Assembly: GCA_965285935.1 (NCBI GenBank)
Contig: OZ260666.1
Location: 64,728,001 to 64,792,000, forward strand
Length of the DNA: 64,000 nucleotides
Direction: 5' to 3'
Origin: Ophelia neglecta
Taxonomy: Eukaryota
The notes beneath the pieces are model-generated. The model was not told where the DNA came from. It made no database searches and worked only from the letters and a program-made list of their open reading frames with translations. Of this stretch, positions 11,301 to 26,300 are shown piece after piece. Position numbers and translations under genes: made by a program. Within the stretch, counting starts at the first letter, position 1. Every line of letters starts with the position of its first letter.

Positions 11301-14300
11301 ACCTCGACTACAGTACTAAAAATATTAAGAATCGTGACGGGGCTGGTGGTATATTTGCGTATAGAAATACGACGGTAGTATGCATGCGATTCATAAGCCT
11401 ACGCCTGTCCCTGCCAGTGGGTATTACCGTAGAGACGAGAGTTCTATATCCTCCTTGAGTGTAGCTTGAGATTCCACGTTTGTGACAGTTGTCGAGGCTG
11501 GCCACAGGTTGGTGCCACTGGACGTGGAAATAAACGACATGTCATCGTCGGAAGAGCACGGTAAACCTGTACAAAGAATACACGAGACATCAAAAAGTAA
11601 AACCCCGGTAAACCTGGACAAAGGATACACGAGACATTTAAACGAAAAGCACGGTAACCCCACACGCCAGACAAACGTGCAGATAACATGATCCTCATCG
11701 GATTAGATCTCTTCAAAAATGTCATTAAAATATCTGATAGCCTAAACTCGTCTTAGTAAGTTTGATTTAATAAACCCACAGTTTAATTTGTGTCTGCTCA
11801 GGAATTATGAGCGGATTAAAATAGCAAGAGATTCCAAATTGTAAACTTCTCTAGTCGTGTTTAGGTGACATAAAATTAATCATTATGAGGTATTTAATAA
11901 ACAAAGGTTATTCGATGATATTAAAAGGCCAGTTTTGGTTTATATCTTTGTACATATTTTAGACATGTGAACCAAATTAAGCTTTTGTGTCGCAATTAGT
12001 ATTCGTACGTACACCGACCCTGAGCAACGAAAAGCGTAGAGTTCCCGGGCATGTCACTCCGAGCCGCAGACAGATATGTTTGCGCTGAGTTCCCAGGCAT
12101 GTCACTCCGAGCCGCAGACAGATATGTTTGCGCTGAGTCACGGACATGTCACTCCGAGCCACAGACAGATATGTTTGCGCTGAGTCACGGACATGTCACT
12201 CCGAGCCGCAGACAGATATGTTTGCGCTGAGTCACGGACATGTCACTCCGAGCCGCAGACAGATATGTTTGCGCTGAGTCACGGACATGTCACGCCGAGC
12301 CGCAGACAGATATGTTTGCGCTGAGTCACGGACATGTCACTCCGAGCCGCACACAGATATGTTTGCGCTGAGTCACGGACATGTCACTCCGAGCCGAAGA
12401 CAGATATGTTTGCGCTGAGTCACGGATATGTCACTCCGAGCCGCAGACAGATATGTTTGTGCTGAGGCTGACTGCGGCTTGAGCACAGCTTGCTCGTCGT
12501 TTGACCCGCATACATGCTTAGGCAGAGCGCACATCTGTAGTCACCTCTCTGTTAGGTCTTACCAACTCTTCTTACACATCTGTAGTCACCTCTCCGTTAG
12601 GTCTTACCAAGCTCTTCTTAGAGTGTCAACTTACCTAGCTGCGCTTCAGTTCTGGCCGGGCAGAGGAAGTTATTGTCCGTTATGGTCACCTGCCGTCTGC
12701 CCGGTGACCTCTTGACCGCGACCGGAATCAGTCCCTCCTGGCCGAGCTGTATGTACAGGTCTCTTATCTCGCGCTTCTTCTGTTCTCAAAATAAAAGATA
12801 TTGAAAAGATACTCAACCGACAGCTAACTTAATGTTAGTGAGCTGGTGACAACATTAAACACATTTATGACTGCATTAACAGAAATCTACTAATGAAGTC
12901 AATTTTATTTTAATAGATGGGAAAGCCTACAATTTGATAACGCTAATAGTTTTACTGTTTCCCAGCAAGATAAGGAAAGATAAGCCCTATTCTCTGACGG
13001 ACAACGAGCTGGTGGGAGGTCACTGACCTCCTCCAGTATCTGCCTGTAGCGAAAGTTCTCGTCCGACAGCTGACGTATCTTCTGCTGGAGGTCGTTTCCG
13101 CTGTCCTCGCGTTTGGACGACTTTCTCAATGTAGCCCGGATCCTTTTGTCACTTCCCACCGGGTCTCGGCGAAGCTCGACCAGCTGTATCGAGCAACCAC
13201 ATTCCATGTTTAATAGGAATATTACTAAATGCGTATATTACGAGTCTACGAGCTCCATGGCGACTAATTGTATATATCTATATACGTTTATATGATAAAG
13301 CAATGGAACCTTGAATTATTTGAGCACAACACAAAGCTTTAAAAAGTTAATTTGTATTTCAAGCAATCTTTCGCCAGGGTGTCATCACCAAGGCATGATG
13401 CATCATTTAAATTTGATTATATCATTTTACCTTTGGCATAAAGACGAGTACTAGTGTGATGGTGGTGGAGAATATGATAAAGAGGGAGATGATGAGATAG
13501 GAGGCGTCTGGACTGTCCTTCATGATGAAGGACACGGGCACCCCAGAGACACACATTATTACAATGTTGTACACCGACATGCCTGAAACAAAACAAGCAC
13601 TAGTTATCAAACTCATACAAATGTTATTACTGAATATAGGCCTATATTAATTTTGGTGTTTATATCGCACCGATAGTCGAAACTGTAATGTCACGAAAAC
13701 TGTTTTTTTATGTGAATGCAAATTTATCTAACGACGTCTGACTATGCAGGTGGATCACTGGAGATATTCTATTGCAGACATTGTGCATGGTCCCCTTCTT
13801 GGTAGGCTTGCTTCGGTGAATTTTTATGATTGGATAATGTCTGTTGTCCTTATTGGAGCCCACTAATATTGCCCACAGACTGCCAGCGCTCATAGCGGAC
13901 CCGCTCGGAACTAACCTGGTTCCTATCGTATCCGCCAGAGGCGCCCTACCGTTATTACAACCAATCAATTAAATCCACCGCATTATGTCCGGATAAGTAT
14001 TGCCTATTGTCTGGAACTCGCGAAAACAAGCAACTTGACAGCGTATTTTGATCATTTATTGTAATAATTCTCGATGATATGCCTAGAAGTACACTGAGTT
14101 GCCTATGGGAGAATGTCAATAGTTGGAAGAAATTTTCCCCTTTAAAAACTATACGCCTCGGCGGAGCAATATCACGTAATGCAAGGGCCAAACGCATAAC
14201 TAGGTCACCGAAATCCCGCCGATGACGAATATAATTATGCTTAGTGCTTCCCTAGCGAAAGCAAAAACTTGATATAAATAAATGAAGAGGTAGTCGTATA

Positions 14301-17300
14301 ATTTTGAGTGTGAAAAGATAGTTCTTTATTTATTTTTCTATAGACTTGTGCAATTTAACTTCTTGTTGGTGGCATTACACTGGCGCACAATGACTTACAT
14401 GGAAATTGAGTAGCATGGCTGAGGTTAATCATACCCATTCCGGCACATGCCAACTATCAATAACAACCGCTAATGTGATAGCCCTAACTAACTCATAATG
14501 AAAATGGCACCCGGACACAGGTGGGCTATTCCATAGAACCCAATCCACTGTCAGGGGTATGAATATTTAACAGGGTCACGCTCGTTAGGGCCGTATAAGA
14601 GCGGATATGAGTTCTGTAATTTCCGACAATAATCAAAGATAAGAGCCACAAATGATAAAAGGTGCCCAGCAAGAACTCTCGTTTTGGGGTCTTGATTACA
14701 GCCCCCTAGCTGTCTTTACTGTAATACGCTCCATGTTGTTTTCATATTGATGACTTAATTGGAAAGAGAGATGGAAAGCACTTCCGGCGCTGTTTGACTG
14801 ATTTGCTTAGAAGCAAAAACAGACCATATCTGTTAACATAGTGCTACAAAAAGAAATTTAGTTTTCACACCATGCGGTCGTTACTCACCAATGTATTTGG
14901 AATCGTTGAGGGCGGGAATTGTCACATGACGAGTTTCCCAGGCAAGAAAACAACCAGCCATCTAGAATGAAACAAGTATTTTAAGTATGCAAAAAACAAA
15001 AACATGATGCTCAAATGATAATTGAATTCAAAATGAATTGTTTCTAGGGGTCGATATGACATTTCAAAACAATACGAGTATTTATCCCACTGTCGGATGT
15101 AGCGGTTTAGAAATATGGGGTCTAGTGACATTAAGGGGTTCGGAATGGGTGCTTCCAATCATTCTCAGCCCCCTCCCCCCTCCCTCCGTGAGGATGCACC
15201 CATCGATCCCTGTAGAGTGCCTTGTATAGAGTAAGTAGTATAATTAAGCGTGTGCCTGACCCCGGCGTCTCTGCTTTGTACATCCGCTAGCGATCAAATC
15301 AAATGTTTAGCTGAACCGTACCAGCAGACATCCTTTATAGGCGTACACGGTGATCATGTAATACATCATATCTCTGCTGACACAGAACTCAAGAACTTTA
15401 ATCACCTCTACGTCATCGCCGGAGGGATCCGCCTGAAAATAACCAACGCATAATTGACGGGGGAAAGCAAAAAATATACCATTTAGCAAATGCGATTAAG
15501 TTTCGGTGAACACGGGCAATTAACTTTTGATTGATCGTTCTGTCTCAAATAGAGGTACGAGGTGTTAGATATATTTGTATAGAGCTACGGGAGCCCCGGC
15601 AAGACGGAAACGCTTAGAACAAAGACAACTGGGATGAAATGACTTATAGGCTTATACCCACACGGGAAATCACAAGCAATGAAGAAAATGGGTGCCAGGT
15701 AAACATGAAGAGCAGGTGGACAAGATTAAGAATACCTTACTTAACAACAGGCGCTCCCCTATTCCCAACCACGTACACATTCCGGACTTCCAAACGATAT
15801 AATTACATGTCAGTATTGGTAAAAAGGGTTCTAATTTTACACAACATAATGATTAATGTTGGTGCCATTCTACAGTTACAAAAACCGACAAGGATAATAA
15901 GAAATCGGGAATCTAGTGAAAGGCGGGCCGAAACCACAATCTGTATAACTTCCGGGATAGGTGAAGATTTATGAAGACAACTTTATACCACTGATCGGCA
16001 GGAAATACGCGAGCTGCCATTATAAGCATCAGTCGGAGAGCTCTCCAGGGCGTGCTGTTGACATTATCGATAAGCCATTTATAGCAGCGATAAGCGGTCT
16101 TCTCCAAGTCTGGCAATAGAGGATCCGCGCTTACAAATGGTCGGCGCGGTATAATCGTATCAGGGTGATATATGACGGGGAAATCTCAAGACGTTCTGGG
16201 ATGTTTCATGTTCTCAATGCACGGAATACAGTGATTGATTCAAGATAGCAAGGTTTCTAATCGCGCCTTTGCAGTGTATAATTTCGCATGAATCCATCTT
16301 CTTATCGCTGAGATACCCTGTGTTTGACTCTAATCGATCATCCTTATAGAATTACACATGGCGAGCACGTCACGATGGACCTAAGCCGGGGCGAGAACAT
16401 ACGAGAAGCGAATCTCATTTGCTTTCTGGCCACGGGATCAAGCGGGGCACAGCAGCTGTATCAGGCAATTGAAAAACTGTCTTAACGTATGACGGAACTG
16501 GTAGGCAGGTGCTGAAACCCTTTCTAGCAACTGACAAATTATTTGTCAAACGCCATGTTTGATTAGGGCCAATAATATTCGGGTGGATGTTCTTATATTT
16601 ATTAAAATCCCGTATCAAACAATTTGATCTACTTTATTCCGGAACGCAGGAAATTGATGGTCGGAAGTTGATGCTTACCTCCGGCGGTAATTCTTTTGTG
16701 TCACGAACCATGGGATCCAGGACGGACCACGTGACCAATACGATGATGTCTACTGCCAAGAGGACCAGCACTATCATGAACAGCTGGTAATCTTTTATTA
16801 CCTGCAATGGAGACAGATAGCTTCTACCGCATTTAATAACTATCAGATTGGGTCGCGCAGGCTTCAAGAGACCGCGACATGTACACCCAAATGCAATAAC
16901 TATTTCAAATAATGCAATTGGTTTGAAATAATTTTGGTATAAACAGCTAGTGATGGGCTTAATATGGAGTTTGCAAATGGTAGTTGTGTGAGGCTTCTTT
17001 AATTATCAGAATAAATGTCGGATTAAGATCTCTTGTCTACCTTCCTGTTAAGTTTGATATTGGTAAATATGGCATGTACTCTCCACGTTTTGCTAAACAT
17101 TGCCCCAAACGACAGTGTAAAACCAATACAAAGTACCCAGGTGCGGAGCTGAAAATAAGACCGAGAATCAAAATATACACAAATCAAACATGCATCTAAA
17201 ACAATCCCCAATATCTATTATCAGTGTCTGATCCTTGATTAACTAACACAACAGACAAAGGAATTTTATATTCCGCTCAAGCTACATGTTGGCCGGAAAG

Positions 17301-20300
17301 TTACAGAAGTTTTGGTGTTTGTTGAAAACTGACGGAAAACGGCTGTTAGAAGTTTTTCTGACCATACGTTTGACTTAGAATTTCAGACCATCCGTTTGAC
17401 TTAGAATTTGTATGTTGTTTTCATTAATCAGAGAAACTTTCGATTCTTATTTTACAAGCATTTTTATGAAGTCATTTGTTTTTAGATGCACAATTGTTAA
17501 ATATCCTGATTATGGTGTAGGTTCCCGCCTGCTGTCCGATGGTTCGGAGTTCTAGCAAGTTCTAGATTCTCCTTTATGTTGAGCTCTTACCGCACACATA
17601 TATGGAAAACGAGAAGCGGAGACCATGCTGCCATCTGTGCCGAGTAGCAGCACACTGCCGTATGTAAACAAGCACCCCACAATGATGATGTTATTCATGT
17701 TGGGACTCGACATCTTGATGTATCTGTATTGAAGTAAATTAGATTGAGATTATTTCAAGTTCTGTTCACATTTAAAACAGGTGTGCAGGCAGATTGATGA
17801 CAGCCATAAGCCTCAATCGAAATGACCTTGTTCCTATACAGCACGGGGGGGGGGGGGGGGGGGTCGTCATGACCGTACCAAAAAAACGCCGGAAGTGTAT
17901 TTAGCCTCAAACACTGACCCGCGTTTCGGGGTCCCTTTTTAAGCATTTGGAACAATAGTAGGTTTTTAAGCTCAAGGTCGGAGTTGAGGGTCCCTTTTCC
18001 ATGTTAATTGCGGCTTTGCTGACCGGGAAGCCGACCTTGTTTTTACCCAATCGGGATAGAAGCAGAGTGATAGTTTACAATAACTGCGGCACCCTTTTCC
18101 CGGTCGAGATACGTCTTATGCATGTACGTGGCGACGTCTAGCGATCAAAATCAGTCAGTGTTAGGAGTAATTCTCCTGCTGGTCTGTTATAAGGGAAATA
18201 TTTTCCGATATATGTCACTGTTTAGGGTATATATATTTCCCCACTTCAAGGTCAGTGTTTAGGGTAAGATTTTGAAAGTAATGTACACACATGACTACAT
18301 AGCAGATAGAATACCCCGCCCCAAGCCCCGGGGGGAGGGCTAAAGAAGATGTAGGCAATATAAGCGCCAAGTTCTTATAAGGCTTCAACTGCAGTGAACA
18401 TAGACGAGAGGATTTATTTGACATGTTCAACCTCATCGGATAATCCCAGAAGACACGTGACATATTAGTTATATAAAATATATATATTATCAAAAAGGGT
18501 GTCGACTGACCTGTGTTTTCTGTATTTGATGTTGAGTGCGAGGAAGCTGAGAGTCATGACAATACCCAGTCCGGCGAAGGTACACATCACGGCGTATATA
18601 GTGGTGTTAACCCGGTGTATGTGCTTGGACTGCAGTGTCCGATCACGAGGTGGTCCCTTGCCTGAAAACACAGAACACATATATAAAAAACGTGATTGGA
18701 ACACAATAACTATACAAAGTATGTATGCTGTAAAGGGCCCATTCAATAAGGCATTGACAAAGGTGAGCTGACGGTGTTGTGGACATCTGTGCATGCTTAT
18801 TATGAATCTTAACTCATCTGTAAGCGTTTAGGTCTAATATATGCTTGTTCGATTAACGATTTTGGCGTATTTCTTACCCCCAAATAAGGGTTTGAAAGAA
18901 TCAAAGCTGTGCAGCTTTATACACAAATAGGTGGTGCCGCTTTCTTTTATTAAAACTACCGATAAGACCTTCCCCAAAATAACTCTAGCATAAGTTATTG
19001 TCTTCATGTAAAACCAATTTCATTCTTTGGGGAATGTACTCGATATGTTACAAAACCCTTTGTTTTGACTGGTTCATTATGGCGTTGCTACCCACCCCGC
19101 CAGAGGATTGATACTCCGTATGTCAGGTTCAGAGAGTTGGTATGAGCGTCATATGCCCCAATGTCAACCATTTTGGAGTTCTGGAATTGTTTTACGACTA
19201 GGCAACCAACACGATCTCCGTTGTTAAACACGATTTTACCCTAGGAAAGAAGAAATGGGAAGTTTTTTATTTGGAAATCCGTTTTTGTCAAAGACACCAC
19301 TAATCATTTGTGTTTGACTTCTACTGAAGGCAACCACGGGGTAAACGTTGACTAGACTTTATTGGAATAGACATTACTCACTGTGACTCCCATGAAGTTA
19401 GTCTCATTAAGTGCCGCAGGGAGGCGCTCTCCTCGGAAGTCATTCAGGTCAAATCGTCCGCCATTTTGTCTGATTATGGTATCAATAGCCTTGGCGATGA
19501 CCCAGATACCGTCGTACGCGTAGCCATGAAACTTGTTGTAGTAGTTTCCACTGCGCCGCTCGTATAGTTTCCGGTACTCGACAGAAGTCTTAGAACATTA
19601 AAAACACAGTATTATAACCCAGTGGCTTTCTTGCCGTTTACAAGAAAAATGGCATTTATTTAGAGCAGTTTATATTAATGAGTTGGCCTTATAATGAAAA
19701 CCTTTATAGGGAAACCTTTCTAAACGAATCCATAATCCAACACATATAATAAAAGGACATTTCTCGTGGGGCATGCATGGCCAGTAATTTGACATTTACT
19801 GGCTCAAACAAACTATTGTTTTCTACAGAATTTGGGAAACAAACTTGTTGCTTCAAGTGATTATGACCCCTCCCAAGTTTATCTATTGGTTCGTTCCTAT
19901 GTACGTATATATCCGCATGAAATATTGCCAAAAACAAGTTATCCTTTTAATTGATATCAATAGTTTGGTCCAGTTAATTCAGGATTTACTCGGTATTATT
20001 TCCCAATTAATCAGCATATCTTAACTAATTGCTCCTTTATTTTTTGAGTTGAGAAATAATCGACACATGGGGTCAACATTAGAGACAATACATTGTATAA
20101 ACCCACAATTCCGGCGATGGTGGTGCCTCCTGTGAGGCTGAGCGGCATGACATCTGACCCTATGTAGCCGTCCAGCGCCTTGCCGAGCTCGCTCGCTGAG
20201 CAGGTTATAGTCGTGTCGTTCTCTCGCCACCAGTCCTCCGGGTAGTCTCCCGGCACTATCCACACGTACTTGGGACCAAACATCTGCTGCTCGTACGCCT

Positions 20301-23300
20301 AGAAAAAATACCAGCCAGGTTAAAACAGGTACCCGCAGCAAAAATCGAAACTAATCAATTTTCAGGGGCTCATGTCGGATGAATCTTTTCAGACGACCGC
20401 CCTGCTTTCTTATTTTTCACCTACTCCATTATCCTTACCGGCATGTGTCAGTATTCAAAACTAGGTGGGGCAAAAAACAGCTCATTATCCTTCTTCAATT
20501 AGAAGCCGAGACAGCCAGAAAAGGCTTTCCATCATCGATTGACAACAGAAAGCCTTTATGGCCGACATATCTGTCTGCGAAGGTCACGGACAATTCAGCG
20601 CAGCCTCAGGGAGGCCTGAATCAAGAGGGCTTAACTTCATGGGGATAACACTGCCACGGCTGGAACCCCCTTTTTAAAGTGGTTCAAGTATGGGTTTAAG
20701 CTTTTTGCAGGAGAGATCTGCCCTGCTGCGCCCAATTCATATGTAGAGATTTACCAAACCATTACGGGGTTATGTATAGTGCTTCTTACACAGCACAAGT
20801 CGGCGACATGCTAGCTCTCTTAGGCCGATGTAGTGTCTAGAGATATCAGTTCCTCACGATCACTTTATCTTACATGGTAAATGATTCAGCCATAAAAGTC
20901 AAAGAGTTCCCCGTTAACTTGTATCGCACGTTTTTTAGGGGGAAAAATTATTAGCAACCTTTGATTTCTCGTTTGACTCTCGTGGAACTAAGATTAATAA
21001 TGATTAAATATTGTCATTGTTAAACATTCGGCTGACGAGTTTTCTTTAAATAAAAAAAAACATTTTTAGTAATTATATTTGTAACTTTGAAAGCATAAAT
21101 TAAGGGCGTTTATTGTCAACTACCTGGCAAGAGCGTTTAATGTCGCTCTCGACACTTTATTGCCCGCCTAGTTGTTTAAATATTGAATGTTCCCATTTCG
21201 CCCTGTTTCATTGCTGAATGGCTGCTCTCAGCGACAAAAAATAGCCACATTTGAAAGGCTATGCTGCTCATCATTCTACGCTACACCGTGCCGACAAACC
21301 TGAGGCCAAATCAAGTTAATCTAATCTCCGTGTACGGAGCGAGTTAAGAGCGCCCGAGGTTAAACAGAACGCCCAAGCAGCGGTGTCAACTTTATCTCTC
21401 TGTTGTATCACCACGCTAACGTGATCAACTCGTCTTTTCGAATATATCCCGCAACATTTAACTTGATAACAATTCCCCTTGGGGAACAATAACTCTTAGA
21501 CCATGGTCGACAATAGGATTATCCTTCTAAAGCGAAGCTTGGAGCATGAGCTTTGGCAGTTGAAGAAAAATATAGCGGTTTAAAAAGATGTGAACTCCCA
21601 CAGCCCCTGCCCAGAGGGTACATCTTCGTCTGAGAACTACACTCACTGAGAACCATGCTTGCACAATAGAACATTGGTGATTAATCATTAATTCTGGCAA
21701 TTATGGGCAAGGTTTCATGTTAATGTTATTTAAAACATGGCAAAAGCAGCCAAACAAGCTGACTTATTTCAAAACGTATCCAAAAATCGATAAAAATGTC
21801 CAAAAATATATAATGACATAATGACTCCACGGCTGTTATGTAAGCACCTTGTCTTAACATATAACTGAAAGGAATGTGAGACTTACCGAACAGAAAACCT
21901 TGCGTGCCATCTCGTGATCAAAGTTACCTATGATGATTCGTATATCCTTTTGCTAAAAGAGAAATACAATGTATATATAAAATCAGACATTTTTATTGTA
22001 AAACAGGTCTTGCTTTTTTTTCCTAAAAATATCACGGAATATGCCACAGTGTTCTCTGCTAACCTCATTCCAGTAAAATTCACTGACCAGTCATTTTGAA
22101 ATGTAGTGGAATGACACAGAAATCGAAAAAAATTGCCTGTTTTCTGATTGCAAACTGCCCTCACCTTCAGGATATCTATCGCAACTATACAGATTTCCCA
22201 GTATATTAATTTAACACACATGTACTGAAGTCCCTGGAGACAGATCGGGACCCCATACATTGACAGGCATAATTTCCGTTTACCCCGCACAGGATTTATT
22301 ACAAACATATCCTCGTTGATGTTTTCCCTTATTTGACGTATTGAGACTGCTATGTATTTCCTCGGAGGCCCGTTTTGAATGGCTTCTGGTAATTTGCCGC
22401 ACTCAGATGAGGCATGATGAGCAGATGTAAAGAGAACCCCACAAAGTACCAACAGGGGTGCCATATTTCTTGATTGCTAGATTATTATCTGTGTCCATGC
22501 TAAGGACGGATTTTTGTGCTGACAGTTGACTTTCATTACCCCATGCAGTGTACAAATTGTGATCGAGAGTACATTTCTAGTCGTTAAAGCTTACTTCGTT
22601 AGTCCCGCTATGGAAGTTATATGTTACCTTAGTATTATGGCAATGTATATAAACGTACGGTTTGAGTTCACGTCATCGGAGCTGTGTATGTGGCGATAAA
22701 GCCTATAGTTTCATTAATAGCCAGTAGGCTAGCAGGGTCACTAAGTGCACTTGGAGTCGGAGTAAAGGGCATCTTTTATAAACCTTTGACCTCATGCAGT
22801 CTGTGATTTTCTTGTTGCCTTACTTAGCCAATAGATCGGTCAATATATCTTGCGGCACTCTGTGGCACTATCGGGCGGGAGACAGCTATGATACCCATAG
22901 GGCACTTACCGATTTTGAAAAGACCAGCAACGTCTGTTAATCTCGGGTTAAATCTGCCATATTGTGCCCCGACTGGTGATGAGTGTGTATAGAAGGTAAT
23001 ATAATACTACTTGTATGGATGGCTCGGGTTTTCATAACTTTACAGGCCTCTCCACTAACTAGGATACTGTTATTGTCGACTTTCGTGCAAGTTTAGTGTA
23101 CTTGTTTGAAATATGTCAGCCTTCTACTATACTCAAATGCAAGTGAATGTACTGTTTTGTCAGCATGGACGACTTAAGTCGTTGTTTCATATTGATTGAG
23201 GAAAGTAAAAAAGATCCATATACTAGTCAGTGAGTTCTAACCCCCTGAATATAACACCTTACAATAACAGTTTAACAGTTTTATGCCGTTATAATGACCA

Positions 23301-26300
23301 GCGTCTCCCCCCCCCCCCATTTCCCCCGAACTACTGTCTTATTACTAAAGATATAATGTCTCCGTATATTAATGATCAATGATAATACTGAAAACCGCGC
23401 TTATCACATTATTCCTCGGTGTTTTAGTTGCCTGCGCAGTTTGAACAATAAAAGTGTTTCTCTATCTTAACCCTCATGCAGCCTAATTTTATTTGAATAA
23501 TGACGACATAAAACAGTTCACAAAGGTACCATCAAAAGCTGGAAGTTTGAGAAATTCGAGATTATAGTAGACACGTTGTTGCATTTGTACATCATAAAAA
23601 CAAAGCGCGTAGTGATTCTGCGCAAACGGTCCGGAAGTTCAGTTACTAGATGTACATGTAAGGTGGCCGATATCAATTCTGTTCGCATGGGTTTTGTCGA
23701 GTACTCGCTTGACAAACTTACCCTATGTTAGTTTTATCTGTGACTTTATATTCCTTAAAACCTATGGATTTATAACCTTTTCCGGAGACATTCTCTAGAC
23801 AATACGATGCTTTCAATTAGTTCACCAGGAGAATAATGCCCTCTGCAAATTGAATAACATCCGTTGGTTACAGTTGGTCTGATTTAACGGCGATAAGCAC
23901 GCAGCCAGTAGCAAATAAAAACAAATTGATGGTTCGGGTGGGATTAAACCGTGTGTTTGCATTTGAGTGGAAGACATTGCTCGTCTAACCACAGTTGATG
24001 TTGGTAATGTGACCTTTGGCGCCGCAGTTAGCGCAGTTCGCCTCGGCTGATAGTCGTAACAGTTGTCCTGACACTCGTAAATCATACCACCCCCTCCCGA
24101 AACTGTAAAAATCATCGTTGTTGTTGGACGATATTGCGACCATTTTTCCATAGTATAATCAAAACAGCATACAGCTTTTTTATTAAAGGAAAAGTAGCTT
24201 TATTTATTCCCGGATATTGACAATATTACCCAATACTTAATAAAAGAGACTTGGTTTAGGAGGAGATCTGTACTGGGAGCCAGGGTCCCCCCATATTTTC
24301 AACTTGCACGTGAAGGGATTACAAGGGATTACAAACCACTTACATGACATAGACAAGGGGACTGGCGGTGAGCAGACAGCTGTGGCGAACCAGTCAGGTT
24401 AAATGGCGATAAAGATGTCACTGGCGCTTGTTTCCGGTGATTTATACGGCAGTGGTGACCGTATAAACTCTTATTACAACACCGTTGTAACAATATTCTG
24501 AAGGGCTTTTTCATGATGATAAATCGAAAAGTTATCACGGGACACCGCCAAGCTGATTATACGGTATCACGGGTCAGATAACCGCTGCTTATCCCGTTCG
24601 ATATTGCCACTCCATGGTTGAATGCTAAAACAAAGGCTTTCAAACTAACAATTAAACCGAAGGATTCCAGCGAACTCTTTTCTTGGTAATTCTTGGCCTT
24701 TTGAAGGGTCATTGGCGAGGACCTCAGGCCTTAATGCCCGTACATTATTTCTGATTGGCACTTACAGCCAGAGTAAAATCCACGAGTATTGGTGAAATGC
24801 GTAATGGCCTGCCTCTTAGATGGCTTAATAAATCAAGTTTATTGATAATAAGTGACAAAGTATTCTTCTTTGACTAGCTTTAAACCGACAATGCCAATCC
24901 AAGCAGAAAATGAGACCGTGAAAAGCGAAACTTTAGAAATGTGATTGCTTATATTACATTCTTATAGGTTTGTGATCATCGGGAGTGAGAAATTTATTGC
25001 AATTTAGTCCGATATTGTGAGGGGAATAGCCATCACGTAGGAGAGCCCATGGCCATAAAGCCAGTACACAGGCGAGGATAAGCACACCGGAAACAGTGTG
25101 GTGCCAATGACCAGGGCCGGAAGTAGTGCCGTCCGTAACAGGCTAATAGAACGCTGGTTTTATTCTTAATGTACTGCTCAATTGCCCAATATATCTTCTA
25201 TAAACTTTTATCACAGATGACCGAGGGTATGTACATAATACCACTCTGCCTTTTTCACATCTGCCCGTGTAGTGCCATATTTTCCTGAACCCGCAGGGCG
25301 AGGGGAGATATTGCCGTCCCAGGGCATATCGGGGGTAGATAAGAAAAGGCAGTGTAATTTAATATGTATCTCACGCCCGTAATGATTATGAGGAAGCATA
25401 TTTATCCCATGATCGGGCGCATGTTGTCTCGTTTAAACAGTCATATTCCTATCTATTAGCCTTGGTCTCTCACAGCACGTATCCGGCCATTCTATTAGAC
25501 ATATCTACAAATAGCGAAATAATGGAACTCTCTCGTGACCATTTTTGTGTGTATGTAAGCTGCCCATTTGGCAGACTCGTATTTCGTTTTACGCCTTGTG
25601 TTTTCACTCTTCTTTTGTCAATGTGGACCTACTGATTTTCCTTATCTGTGAAAAACTAGTCACGAAATTAATCATTTTATCTGGAAGGTAAACTTCAGGA
25701 CTAACCGCCGAACTCACCACCACGATGCGGTTATGACGACACCGAGTGTGCGTCTTCAAAATAAGCGTTATTAACAGTAACATATTTTCGTAAAATAGAC
25801 GAAAATCTCTCTGCCATAGGACGAATATGGGCATCTACGGTGTCAAATCCATATCCACCTTATAAGCAGATTTGGATTTGACATCAGAGACATTGTTTAC
25901 AACTTATATTCTAAGAGTATTAAGCTATAAAAATGCATATCTGCCCTCAAATCACCAATTCATATCTTCACGGGATTGTGATAGTGTCCAGAAATAATGT
26001 GAATCAGTTTGCTGGAGCCACATTATTCGCATCAAGAAATTATATGCTCGACGTAAACGTACATTACTCGATTCAGAAGTTAAATATCTGCCGGGTATCA
26101 GCTCCCGTGTTTTAGGCTTTCCGCAGTAGGCCTACTTTATAGAAAATATGCTTGCTATGCCTCCGAAAGGGTATTTTGTATTTTACAACTCTATCTTATT
26201 GAGTGTTATATAATGGCTGATGAACAACTTTCCAGCTGTTTCCTTGGTCAAAAAACTGTTCGCCTTAAAAGAAACGACCGACAGGCCATGCTCTTGCTGA

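Noticed and set aside
12039-12466. CRISPR-like array
   Set aside because: Units are head-to-tail with no unique spacers, there are no cas genes, and the context is a eukaryotic intron.
12530-12620. Alternative exon 17 donors (gtaaga in the duplicated unit)
   Set aside because: Read-through meets TAA a few codons after the consensus donor, so an extension would not be productive.
21928-22464. 178-aa ORF with a signal-like start in intron 4
   Set aside because: No recognisable domain; it runs through the polypyrimidine tract into exon 5 out of frame.
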